From: Squalus acanthias
Taxonomy: Eukaryota
Assembly (NCBI GenBank): GCA_030390025.1
Contig: CM059432.1
Coordinates: 80,664,001 to 80,728,000 of the forward strand
Direction: 5' to 3'
DNA: 64,000 nucleotides
Shown here: one piece after another, positions 51,992-63,891 of the stretch
Numbering within the stretch: the first letter of the stretch is position 1
How the letters are laid out: each line of letters opens with the position of its first letter
Notes under the pieces: model-generated
The model's database searches: none
Told to the model about the DNA's origin: nothing
Seen by the model: only the letters and a program-made list of their open reading frames with translations
Program-made: the position numbers and the translations under genes

Positions 51992-54900
51992 GGGCTGAAT
52001 TTTGCCAGTGTGGGTGGGCTGGGGCGTGTCAGGTGGAAATCGTGTCAGGACCCCGACTCCTAAGTGAAGTGTTGAAAAAGTGGGATTTTCCCCAAATTAG
52101 GCAATTGATTTCCTGCGTGTGGGAACCCTGGCCCATTGAGACTTTTCATACAGAAAGTCACTTCCGTTGACATCATCAATGCTGCTGGATTTAAGGCCTG
52201 CAAGCAGCCTTGCTTTTTCTGGAGACGGCAAACGCTTTGCAAATTGTATGAAGGAGTTGATTTCCTGACAATGTCCACGATCAAGTAAAAGTGTGCACCT
52301 CGGTTTGATGAGCCCTCCCTCCAAGCTCTGGTGCACGGAGCCAGATGTAATAAGGAGGTGCTGTTCCCTTCCTCAGGGAGAAAAAAGCCACCCCAGCAGA
52401 CTAAAGCTGTGTGGCTGCAAGTGGCCGAGGAGGTGAACTCCATTTCAATGAGCCGCAGAACCTGGCTGCAATGCAGGAAGAGGTTTCATGACCTGCTCCG
52501 CACAGGAAAAGTGAGAGTGACTTTCCCATCTCCCTCAATCTGATCCCCATCGCCTCTCCTCACCAGCACTCTGCTTTGCCAACCTCTTCCTCCACATCCC
52601 ACTTGACACTTACATCCCTGCACCCTTACCCATTCCCTCTCTCTCTATGGTCACATTCACTTAACTATTCGACCATGTAGCCCTCGCACTCCCTATCACT
52701 TTGATGCAACAACAACAACAACTTACAACACAGGGAGGGTCCTTTGTATCCTTCTAAGCATCTATGCTATGGATTCTCTACACTCACTCCTTCATTCTCA
52801 CTCAAACTCCACTTGTGTCCCTCATTGCAGGAAAAGAGAGCCCACAATAAGAGAGAAAGAGCCATGGCAGGAGGAGGGCCACCCTCAGTAGCCCTGGAAA
52901 TCGCTGGGATCGAGGACGATACCCAAGTGGGGGACGGACAGATGGGCGCATCACAGCAAGCTGGTGACAGAATAGTTTGGTATCTCTCTCATTGACATTG
53001 CATGAGTCACTGATAATGAATCTGATGCTCTAACAGATTGACTTATGATCATCTGCACTATTCAATGTGCATGTAACCTTGACCTCACATCTCTAACTCT
53101 TTCCTTTACTCCCCCACAGGACCATCGAAAGCCCCCATCCTCATTGTCCAGGAGGAAGAGCCTGAGCTTCAGACTCCTCAGAGGAAGCTGCAACCTCTGA
53201 GGGCGCAGCGTCAGCAGAATTCAGCGCACCCAGCACCAGTGCAGACACTCACACCTCGGTGGGACCTTCACGAGATAGAGTAGTGTTGGCACCTGGTGTA
53301 TCACAGCTCACAAGTGAGCATCAGCATATGGTGGAGACAGGGACAGCAGTGGAGTGTCCTTGTCGGAGGGCGCAGGACTCTGCCAGCTCGGCTCAGCTGC
53401 ATGTCGACCCTGTGCCTCCGGGTCCATCCAGAAGGAGAGCGGTGCTGGAACTCCAGGAACAGGTGCAGGAGTCTCTGGCAGGTTTTGTCTCCAGGGTTGC
53501 TGCGAGTGTGGAGTGAATGGAGGAGTCCATCGCGAACATGAGCTGAGCCTTTGTGGATGCATTGGCGCATGAACGCATCACCGCAGAAAGGATGGCAACC
53601 TCCGTGGAAAGGATGGCTAACTCCGTGGTAAGGCTGGCTACCGTAGAGGAGAGGATGGCTATGGCCATGGAGGAGCTTAGTCGCCAGGGTATGGAAAACA
53701 TGGTAATTGTTCAGAATAGAATGACATCTCTTGGGGAGCAATGGTCAGCTATTGAGCATAGAAACCAGACCTTCATGGAAGTCCTCTGGAGTAGGACCTC
53801 CAGTGCAGAAACGGGTCCTCATGGCCCCCCTGAAGTGCAGCAAGGTGCTGTTAAGCCACTTGCTAGCTTTGAAGTGGGGCTGACCCATGAGAGGGATGTT
53901 GGTGGCAGACAACAAGGAAGTGGGATCTCCTCTCCAAGCACTCACACGACCATGCCACTGCAGAGCCCTCGGTTAGAGCCCCACCAGAGTCCTCACCCAA
54001 CTGAGATGGTCGTCTCAGCCCCTGCACAGCCGCAGGAGCAGCAGACTGTTGGCGAGCCTGCACAGGTTCGCCACCCCAGAGGACGACCGCCAAAGGCGTT
54101 GAGACAGGAATAGCAAGAAAGTGAGCAAGGGGCCTCCACATTTGCTGAAGCCACAGGGGAAGCACCACGTAGGAGCACGCGTAAGATGAAGCACAATTAG
54201 TCACAAGGGTAGTCACTTGGGTGCTGTGATGTTTTGTATTTGGACCAGCCATCATTGTCATTGTATTATAAACAGATTTGATGGCAAATTGTTGAAGTTG
54301 TGGCCTGTGTCATTTCGCAAATGGGACTTTCACATTGAGGGCTTAGGGCGCCTTGCAATTGTCAGTATGGTGGTCAGAGTGATAGGAATCCGCAGGTTCT
54401 TGTCCATTGTCGATGCTCTGGCAAGAAGGCATGAGACAAAAGTGTTTGATTGTGCAGGCTAACCAAATCTGGCCATGATGAGTGCGTCCCTTGCATCCCG
54501 GGCAGCAATGTTGTCGCGCGCTGGCGCCTTCTGGTCTGTGCAGCTTCAGGTGGGTGACTAGCAGCTTGGTGCTCCTGTTGATGCTCCTGCTGTTGGTGCT
54601 GCTGTTGTTCATGGTTCTGCTGCTGCTGTGGCTGGTCTTCGTCCGAATCTGATGTCCAGGAGGAAAGGAATTAAATGGTCACCATGCTTCTGGTATATGC
54701 CTCAGTTGAGGAAGCGCTCAGTCAAGGTGGGGAGAGGGGTTTCCCAGGAGGTCACACTGGAGATGGGTGTCAGGCTCCAAACTTCCGCAACAATGAGTAG
54801 GCCTGCTAAAAGTTCGCCCAGACCTGAGACAACAAAGTTCTGCTACCTGCAAATGATCATCGGTGAAAACTCCTTTGTAATGGTGGAGCTGCAGCTGTTA

Positions 54901-55194
54901 GTAAGCAATCTAATTGTGAGGCTGCCAGGATTACCTGGCGTGTTCCAGAGGAGGCGTGTAGGATGGGGGAAATGTCTAAAAATCGGAAAGGCCTCTCAAA
55001 ATGGGATAATTGAGGCAATTAAGTGGTTGTTAAGGGCCTTGAGGCGGGATGGAAACGGAGTCAGAAAACACGCCTGTGGGAAAATTGCTCTTAGGCGGGA
55101 AGGAGGTGGGATCGGGCCTGCCCACCATTTTTTGCGATTTTACCACCTCACACGCCTCCAAACCCGCCTCCTCGTGTTTGGCAAAATTGAGCCC
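51992..55194. mobile_element. Non-autonomous Harbinger copy 4 (sister of copy 2, opposite orientation)
   Basis: Ends GGGCTGAATTTTGCC / GGCAAAATTGAGCCC; TSD TAT/TTT; same transposase deletion junction at ~54512. Confidence 0.9.
52271..54200 (+). pseudogene. Three-exon Myb/SANT gene of copy 4, disrupted (exons 52271-52510, 52831-52963, 53120-54200)
   Basis: Collinear with the intact gene of copy 2 but has TAA at codon 6 and further stops near 53516, 53546 and 54113. Confidence 0.85.
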
Positions 55195-55951
55195 TTTGTT
55201 TACTTTGTAGGAATGAATCTTGGGCAATATAACAGGGATGCTAAGAATGACCCTTATTTAGATAGATTTGCATGGCAGAACAAAATAGTCATTTAACAAA
55301 TATCTACAGTAATTATGTAATAGCTGAGGCACAACAACAGTCGCAGAAGCTTAATATAAAGTACAGGAATTTCCTTGGAGCTGCTTCTGCCTAGCCACCA
55401 TAATGTTCCCCATCAATGATATATCATAAAATTCTCCAAAACAAGGTTTGTTTGCCCTAAACGGTGGGAGTGCCTTAGGAAACCAGCAGACATGATAATT
55501 GGTTCTCACAATTTACTCACTGAGACAGCAACAAGTGGAACAAAGAACTAAAACTCTTTAGGGGCAGCTAGCAGCAGATGAAGACTGAGATTGAAGATAA
55601 TTCTGAGGTCTTTTACATTTTCTAATCCGTGTTACAAACAATTACAACATATATTCCTGTTTTAAACTGTTTGATGGCTCCATGCCTTGTCATTGCTTAC
55701 ATCAACGGGATCTTGCAGTCATTAAGAATATTTCTTATCTTAATATCAGTACCTTATGATTTGTATTGACTTTTTACAAATGTCCCAGTATATTTGATCA
55801 AAAAATCTGTCACTTAGGGTACTGCATCACAAGTAGTGCTCCTGTAATTCATGTAAATACTTTTTGAGTTGTGGTACATTAAGTAGGTATCCAACTCTGT
55901 CCAATCCCCTGTTGAGCCTCTGATTTTTTTCTGTTCGCTGATGTCTTCTAG

Positions 55952-56054
55952 ATGGATGAGCAGGCTATGTTGGAAGACACTCTGGTTGCCTTGTCTGACT
56001 TGGAAAAGGTCACGTTCTATTTACGACAGTCTGAAGAAGAACCACTAGTCGCAA
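55952..56054 (+). CDS. PREX2: PREX2 coding exon (103 nt, phase 0/1): [34 protein letters not shown]
   Basis: ttctag acceptor and gtaagg donor; matches recalled PREX2 [35 protein letters not shown]. Confidence 0.92.
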
Positions 56055-56608
56055 GTAAGGCACTTTCTGCTTATTGTGTAGTCTTAAACATGACTTATGT
56101 AGAAATGTTGTAAAAGAAGCCAGCTCGAATATCAACACGTGGCTCTGTTAAAGCGCTACTAGTCGATCAGAAACACGGAAGCTGCAGATGCTTTAGCAGA
56201 TTGTTTTGCTGAAGTGGAGACTTAAAAACATTAATTTTTGTTTAAATTATCAATCATCTACTGGAGTTTTTATTGCCCAAAGACACTAAATTGGAATTTC
56301 CTAAATTTATATGAATTCCCTCAATATGCAGAGAAGATCTTTCTAACACATTCTACTAGGTACAGTCTCCAGTCTCCAAGGCTGCAGTCATACTGCACCT
56401 ACAAGTCTCAGAGTAGTGTCTCTGGCGTGTGATGCACAGATGGCAGACTGGGGTTCTACTGCTGATTGCATATAATTGTGGGCTGTATATAGTGACACCA
56501 CTAGTCCCGGCCAGAATGGAGATGATTGGTTAATTCCCCCGTCAATCACGCCTGGACACCACACTGCTGTAAGTGACTGAGATTGATTTTATGCATATAA
56601 TTTGTATC

Positions 56609-57059
56609 AGAAAGAAAGACTTGCATTTATATAGCGCCTTTCACAACCACCGGACATCCAATGAAGTACTTTTTGAAGTGTAGTCACTGTTGTAATGTAG
56701 GAAACGCAGCAGCCAATTTGTGTGCAGCAAGCTCCCAGAAACAGCAATGTGATAATGACCAGATAATCTGTTTTAGTGATGTTGATTGAGAGATAAATAT
56801 TGGCTAGGACACCGGGGATAACTCCCCTGCTCTTGTTCGAAATAGTGCCATAGGATCTTTTACATCCACCTGAGAGGGCAGACGGGGCCTCAGTTTAACG
56901 TCTCATCCGAAAGATGGCACCTCTGACAGTGCAGCACTCCCTCAGTACTGCACTGAGTGTCAGCCTAGATTTTTGTGCTCAAATCCCTGGAGTGGAACTT
57001 GAACACCACAACCCTGTGACTCACAGGCAAGAGTGCTAGCAACTGAGCCACGGCTGACA
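56609..57059 (-). mobile_element. tRNA-derived DeuSINE (SacSINE1-like)
   Basis: Minus-strand tRNA-like head (GTGGCTCAGTTGCTAGC..GTTCAAGTTCC), Deu-like core, L2-like tail ending in (CTTT)n. Confidence 0.78.
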
Positions 57060-58431
57060 TTATGTAACTATTATGTAATTGTGTAACTATCCTCCACTCA
57101 CTGCATTTTGCAAGAGAAATCACCCTGCTTTTATCGGGAGAAGTTGCTGCAGTTTTGGTCATGAGTTCTGTTTTATGCAGGTCCTAGGGACTCTTTGTAA
57201 ATAGACTCTGTAAATAAACTTTGTTTGCTTTGCAGTTTACTGAATAAATAGGCTTTGTTTTCTGTAAAATACACTGCTGCAAGTCCTGCAGGAAGTCCCG
57301 CCCTGCCTAAAAATCATTGGCTGACACAGTGCAACTCATTGGCTGACACAGTGGTGTCAATAGACACTCCAATAATGATGGTGTTACACTGAAGCCAGCC
57401 ACAATGGACTACTGGGTGTGTATCCTTGGATGCATCCACAGAGCACCACTCACTGGTAATTAATTTTTAATGCTATGAGCAAGTTGGTGAGATCATCCAC
57501 TTTTTCCTAATGTTAAAAAACATTGAAAGGTATATATAGAGTGCCCAGGAAGTCCAATGCAGTGTTCTCAAGTTATATTGTAAATTCAAACCAGTGTGAC
57601 AGCTTCCTGGAGGATGACTTGCACCTCCTTACTTCAGTGTGCTCGAGAGCCCGACTGGGCACTGATTTCTGAGAATACTGTCACTTTTGCTTTGATGCGC
57701 ATCCTAAACGGCTTTGTACTGATGTGAAGCTGGCGCTATAACTGCAGCTTAAAAGAGTTTTTATATCTGCTTTATCACTGAATACTAGGGCTGAAATGTT
57801 CTATATTAGTGCAGTGCAAATCAAATTCATTTTAATTCCTGTTAGGCTGACTGAGTTGTTCGGAGTCATGAAAGTCGGACCTAAAATCTGAGGCCGCGAT
57901 TTTGCCGGCTCCCAGAGGGCGGGTTTGGAGGCGGGTCAGTAGTGAAAACCTAAATGATTGATGGCGGGTTCGCAACCTTTAGTGCCATCCCACCTCCACG
58001 CAACTTTGCAAAGTGTCGGGTCTGCGAGTCCCGATCAGACCCGACACCAAACGGCGGGAGAGGCACTTAAGGCAGTTAACAGCTTGTTAACTGTCTACAT
58101 AATCCCATTTTTACAGGCTCTTCCCATTTTACTACATTTTCAGTGTGTTGCACGTCGTGCGACAAACACGCCAGCTGATTGCGCCGGGATCAGCAACTCG
58201 CTGAATACTTGACAGCTGCTCCTGCAGCATAAAAGCCGACCTGTAACATGGCTGACTTTCAGATGGCAGACTTTGTGTTTTGAGGTTTTGGAACACATTT
58301 TGCAGGTCTATTGAGCTTGTACGTGTTTAAGCTGAGATCCATATGCACTGTGACCTCCTTGGAAAACCGTCTCCCCACATTGACTGAGCGCTTATAACAT
58401 CTCTTCCTCAACTGAGATATATACCAGCGGA

Positions 58432-59641
58432 ATGGGAACCATTTATACCCTCTCATTCTGGTCCTCAGAATCGGAGGAAGAGCAGCCGCGGCAGCAGCAG
58501 AACCGGGCACAACAACAGCAGCAACAACTGGAGCGCCAACCTTCTCCTCAGCCACCTGATGCTGCACAGGGCAGAGGGCGTCAGCGCAGGGCTGCACCTC
58601 GCCGCAGGAGATACCCCCAACACAAGGTTTACAAGCAGAGGATGAGCTTCCTCAACATGAGTGAGGAGCAGTGCCAAAGGTGGCTGAGACTTCTGCGAGA
58701 GGTAGTCGCTGAGATCTGCACAATGCTGCACCAACACCTGGAGCCCAGAGGACTGGGTGGACACCCTTTACCAGTGGCTGTCAAAGTCAGTACTGCACTC
58801 AACTTCTTTGCTTCAGGGTCCTTCCAGGGATCATCAGCAGACATCAGCGGCATCTCCCAGTCGGCCGCACACACTTGCATCACACAGGTTACCGATGCCC
58901 TCTTTGCAACTCGTACAATTACATTCACTTCTCTGCGGATGAAGCAAGTGTAACTCCGCATGTGGTTGGCTTTGCAAATATGGCAGGCTTGTAAGGGTGC
59001 AGGGCGTCGTAGACTGCACACATGTGGCCATTAGGGCAACCCATCACAACCCAGCTGTATTTGTCAACCACAAGGGCTTCCACTCCCTTAACGTCCAGCT
59101 GCTGTGTAACCACAGGAAGAACATTATGCATGTTTGCGCCAAGTTCCCTGGCAGTTGCCATGACTCGTTCATCCTGCGGCAGTCTACTGTGCCTCAGCTG
59201 TTCAATCCGCCAACCCAACTTTCCGGATGGCTACTTGGAGACAAGGGCTATCCCCCAAAGACGTGGCTAATGACACTGATGAGGAGGCCATCAAACGGAG
59301 CTGAGGAGCGCTACAATGCGAGCCACATTTCCACCAGAAGCATCATAGAGCAAACCATTGGCTTGCTCAAAATGCGATTCAGATGCCTCGACAAATCAGG
59401 TGGAGCCCTACAGTACTCACCAGCCAGAGTCTCCAGAATCATCGTGGTCTGCTGTGCACTGCACAACATCGCACAGCAGCGTGGCTTACCGCTGCCTGAG
59501 GAACAAGTGGCTCAGTGCACAGCCTCCTCCTCGGAGGAGGAGGAAGACCTTGCGGAGGCGCATGTGCCAGTTCCACCAGCATGCGAGTACATTGCTGGCC
59601 GTGAGGCAAGGGATGCACAAATCCATGCCAGATTTGCGTAA
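58432..59641 (+). pseudogene. Harbinger transposase with frameshift and stop at ~58910-58995
   Basis: ORFs 58432..58953 and 58997..59641: [43 protein letters not shown]. Confidence 0.9.
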
Positions 59642-59914
59642 GTTTACGCAGCAAACACATGTGGCTGGCACATGGAAATGAGTGTCTGGCTGACCTTAAC
59701 ACACCATACAGCATCTGTACAATAAACTATCACTCTCAGCACTATCATTACAGATGAAAGGCGCCCTGACCCCTCACTGTGACACTTCCATTTCTGAGCA
59801 CACATAGGCCAACTCTTTGAATCTTTGCCATCGCATCGCTTTATTACAATTGAAATAACAATGAAAATCTTCACTTTGTATTATATCAAAACACTCAAGT
59901 GACTACCCTTGTGA

Positions 59915-61810
59915 CTATATGTGTGTTAACTTTCTCTTACGCGTGCTTCTACGTGGTGCTTCCCCTGTGGCTTCAGCAGATGTGGAGGCACCTTGCTCAC
60001 TTCCATGCTGCGCCTGCTTCGATGTCTTTGGCGGGTGTCCTCTGGGTTTTGGAGCCTGGGAGGGCTCGGCAACAGTCTGCTCCTTCTGTGGCTGTGCAGG
60101 GGCTGAGATGGTCATCTCAGTTGGGTGAGGAATCGGGGGTTCTGACCGAGGGCTCCGCAGTGGCATGGGAGTGTGAGCACTTGGAGAGGAGCCCACACTT
60201 CCTTGTGGTCGACCACCAACATGCCTCTCATGGGTTGCCCGCACTTCACTGCTAGCAAGTAGCTGGAGAGCACCTTGCTGCACATCAGTGGGGCCATGAG
60301 GACCCGTCTCTGTACTGACAGTCCACATAACGGGGATGTCCATGTACCTCTGGTTTCTCTCCTCAATAGATGCCCATCTGTCCTCCATAGCAGAGCATCT
60401 ATTTAGAAGAGTCACCATGCTCGTTTGAGTCTGGTGATTTATGTCCTCCATGGAGGTTGCCATCCTTTCCATGGCAGGACCTACATTCGCCATTGCGTGC
60501 ACCACGGCATTGCTTATGTTTGAGATGGACTCCTCCATTCTCTGCACACTCGCAGTTACCGTGGTTGCAAAGCCTGTCAGAGACTCCTGCACTTGTTCCT
60601 GAAGTTCCAGCACCGCTCTCTTTCTCGATGACCCCAGAGGCACAGGGTTCACATGCAGCTGAGCAGAGCTAGGAGTGCCCTGTGGCCTCCGACGAGGACT
60701 CTCCACTGTTGTCCCTGTCTCCACCATCTGCTGATGCTCACTTGTGAGCTGTGATACACCAGGTGACAACACTAATCTATCTCGCGAATGACCCACCGAG
60801 GTGTGTGTCTCTGCGCTGGTGCTGGGTGCGCTCAATTCTGCTGACGCTGCACCCTCAGAGGTTGCAGCTTCCTCTGAGGAGTCTTCCGGCTCTTCCTCCT
60901 GGACAGTGGGGAGGGGGTCTCTTGATGGTCCTGTGGGGGAGTAAAGGCATGAGTTAGACATGTGATATTAACGTAGCAGACACATCCCATTGTGCAGATG
61001 ATCAGAACTCAATCTGTATGAACATCAGATGCCATATCAGTCACTCATGCAATCTAAATGAGAGGGTTGCAAATCTATTCTGTCACCAGCTTGCTCTACT
61101 GCACCCGTCTCTCCGTCCTCCACTTCCATGTCGATGTCGATAACAGCCTCCTCAGCGGTGGTCAAGTGCGCCAAGGAAGGTGGTCTCCCTCCTGTCGTTC
61201 CCCTCTCCCTCTTATTGTGGGCTCTCTTTTCCTGCAATGAGGGAGACAAGTGGAGTTTGAGTGAGAATGTTGGAGTGAGTGTAGAGAATCCATAGCATAG
61301 ATGCTTAGAGGGAGACAAAGATGGAGTGAGCTGCCAATACCAAGGGCCCTCCCTGTACGTTGTTGTTGTCATTGCATCACAGTGATAGCGAGTGTGAGGG
61401 GTGCATAGTAGAATGGTGGAGTAATTCTGTACGTAGAGAGAGAGGGATGGTTAAGGGTGCAAGGGATGCAAGGGTAAAGTGGGATGTGCAGGAGTAGGTT
61501 GACAATGCAGAGTGCTGGTGATGAGAGGAGATGGGGAGCAGATTGAAGGTAAGTGTGATGTTATACTCACTTTTGCTGAGCGTAGCAGATCATTGAACCT
61601 TTTCCTGCACTGAACCCAGGCGTGTGAACACAAAGACCTGGCGCTCACCTCCTCAGCAATTTGCAGCCAGGCTGCCTTGGTTTGCTGAGGAGGCTTCCTC
61701 TGTCCATTTGAGGGGAACAGTACCTCTTGGTGCTCTCTCACTCCCTCCACAAGAGCATGGAGGGCGTCATCATCAAATCTTGGAGAGGCCTTTGATCTTG
61801 AACCACTCAT
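59915..61810 (-). CDS. Intact spliced Harbinger Myb/SANT-coiled-coil protein, 466 aa (exons 61810-61571, 61231-61087, 60930-59915)
   Basis: ATG (MSGSRSKASPRF); 240+145+1016=1401 nt; GT-AG introns; open to the stop after RRSTRKRKLTHI. Confidence 0.8.
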
Positions 61811-62782
61811 CTCTGTATCTGCCACACTGAATAGCATCAGAAAATGAATGAAAAACCACAAGGCTGCATGGGCCCCTTAAATGCAGCTGAATGGAAGACG
61901 TCAGCAGAAGCGAGCAGTAGACCCGAACCCACTGATTGGGCCGGGCAACACACACACGATGGGCTTAATAAGCCCAGCTCAGGGAAAATAGTTAATGCAG
62001 AACAGATTAAACCAGCAGCGGAACCGGAACCCGCCGATCAGCCAACCCGACTCCAACCTGCCTCCACTCGGAAAATCGTGGCCTAAAGATGAGTACTAAA
62101 TCTAGTCTGATCTAAACTGATTCTTTGAGCATATTCTCATTTACTCTATTTGGATACAGGTTTAGAATCATGGAATGGTTACAGCACAGAAGGAGGCCAT
62201 TTGGCCCGTCGAGCCTGTGCCGGTATTCTTCAAGAGCACTTCAGCCAGTCCCACTCCCCCGCCCTTTCCCCGTAGCCCTGCAAATTTTTTTCCTTCAGGT
62301 ACTTATCCAATTCCCTTTTGAAAGCTGTGATTGAGTTTGCCTCCACCACCCTTTAAGGCAGTGCATTCCAGATCATAACCACTCGCTGAGTAAAAAAGTT
62401 TTTCTTCGCCTTTGGTTCTTTTGCCAATCACCTTGAATCTATGTCCTCTAGTTCTCGACCCTTCTGCCAATGGGAGCAATTTCTCTAACTACTCTGTCCA
62501 GACCCCTCATGATTTTGAATACCTCTATCAAATCTCCTCTCAACCTTCTCTGCTTTAAGGAGAACAACCCCAGCTTCTCTAGTCTATCCACGTAACTGAA
62601 GTCCCTCATCCCTGGAATCATTCTCGTAAATTTTTTCTGCACCCTCTCGAAGGTCTTCAAATCCTTCCGAAAGTGCGGTGCCCAGAATTGGACACAATAT
62701 TCCAGTTGAGGTCAGACCAGTATTTTATAAAGGTTCATCATAACTTCCTTGCTTTTGTACTCTATGCCTCTATTTATGAAGC

Positions 62783-63891
62783 GGAGATGCCGGTGTTGGA
62801 CTGGGGTGGACAAAATTGAGAGGTCGCACAACACCAGGTTATAGTCCAACAGTTTTATTTGAAATCACAAGCTTTCGGAGCTATCGATTGCTCCTTCCTC
62901 AGGTGAAGTAAATTAGATACAGAATCGCCAAAGCATATATAGATAGAGAACAAAGCATGTGTACCTTACAATTGCAGACCACTAAATTAAATCATCCTGA
63001 CTATCTGCCGAGGTGTGATAAAGTTAATCAAGTCAGCCAGGAAGGTACCACATCAAAGACATAGCAAGATACAACTGAGACAATGAGGTGTAGTCGCAGG
63101 GGTTCTAACGTGTCAAAAGCTGCCGTCTGTATGTAAAACGAAAAGCTTTAAAATTTTTACTTTTTTACTGGGAAAATTTTTACTTTTTTACTGGGAATCA
63201 CATCTGTGAACAAGCCAACGACGACTCGAGTCCGGATCACGTCATGTATCGTGACATAAACCCAAGATCCCGGTTGAGACCGTCTTCATGAGTGCGGAAC
63301 TTGGCTATCAGTTTCTGCTCGATGATTTTGCGTTGTCGTGTGTTTCTAAGGCTGCCTTAGAAACACACGACAACGCAAAATCATCGAGCAGAAACTGATA
63401 GCCAAGTTCCGCACTCATGAAGACGGTCTCAACCGGGATCTTGGGTTTATGTCACGATACATGACGTGATCCGGACTCGAGTCGTCGTTGGCTTGTTCAC
63501 AGATGTGATTCCCAGTAAAAAAGTAAAAATTTTCCCAGTAAAAAAGTAAAAATTTTAAAGCTTTTCGTTTTACATACAGACGGCAGCTTTTGACACGTTA
63601 GAACCCCTGCGACTACACCTCATTGTCTCAGTTGTATCTTGCTATGTCTTTGATGTGGTACCTTCCTGGCTGACTTGATTAACTTTATCACACCTCGGCA
63701 GATAGTCAGGATGATTTAATTTAGTGGTCTGCAATTGTAAGGTACACATGCTTTGTTCTCTATCTATATATGCTTTGGCGATTCTGTATCTAATTTACTT
63801 CACCTGAGGAAGGAGCAATCGATAGCTCCGAAAGCTTGTGATTTCAAATAAAACTGTTGGACTATAACCTGGTGTTGTGCGACCTCTCAAT
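62783..63891. mobile_element. Penelope-like element 3' end duplicated as an inverted repeat (palindrome)
   Basis: Homologous to ~3565-4110; arms 62814-63352 and 63354-63892; 14-bp TSD TCTATTTATGAAGC at 62769-62782 and 63892-63905. Confidence 0.9.
63798..63845 (+). ncRNA. Minimal type-I hammerhead ribozyme motif (mirror copy on the - strand at ~62861-62908)
   Basis: TCAC-CTGAGGA-A-GGAGC-AATCGATA-GCTCC-GAAA-GCTT-GTGA. Confidence 0.68.

Larger units (their letters stand above)
57892..62083. mobile_element. Full-length PIF/Harbinger copy 5 (4.2 kb; transposase on +, Myb/SANT on -)
   Basis: TIRs GGCCGCGATTTTGC / GGAAAATCGTGGCC; TSD TGA/TAA; both genes present and convergent. Confidence 0.92.

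Noticed and set aside
56990..57059. tRNA gene
   Set aside because: A/B-box-like head is contiguous with the SINE body, and no full cloverleaf is evident.
58432..59641. Host domesticated gene HARBI1 (and NAIF1/MSANTD for the Myb ORFs)
   Set aside because: Multi-copy, flanked by TIRs and TSDs, and the transposases are disrupted; these are transposon copies, so no host gene symbol was assigned.
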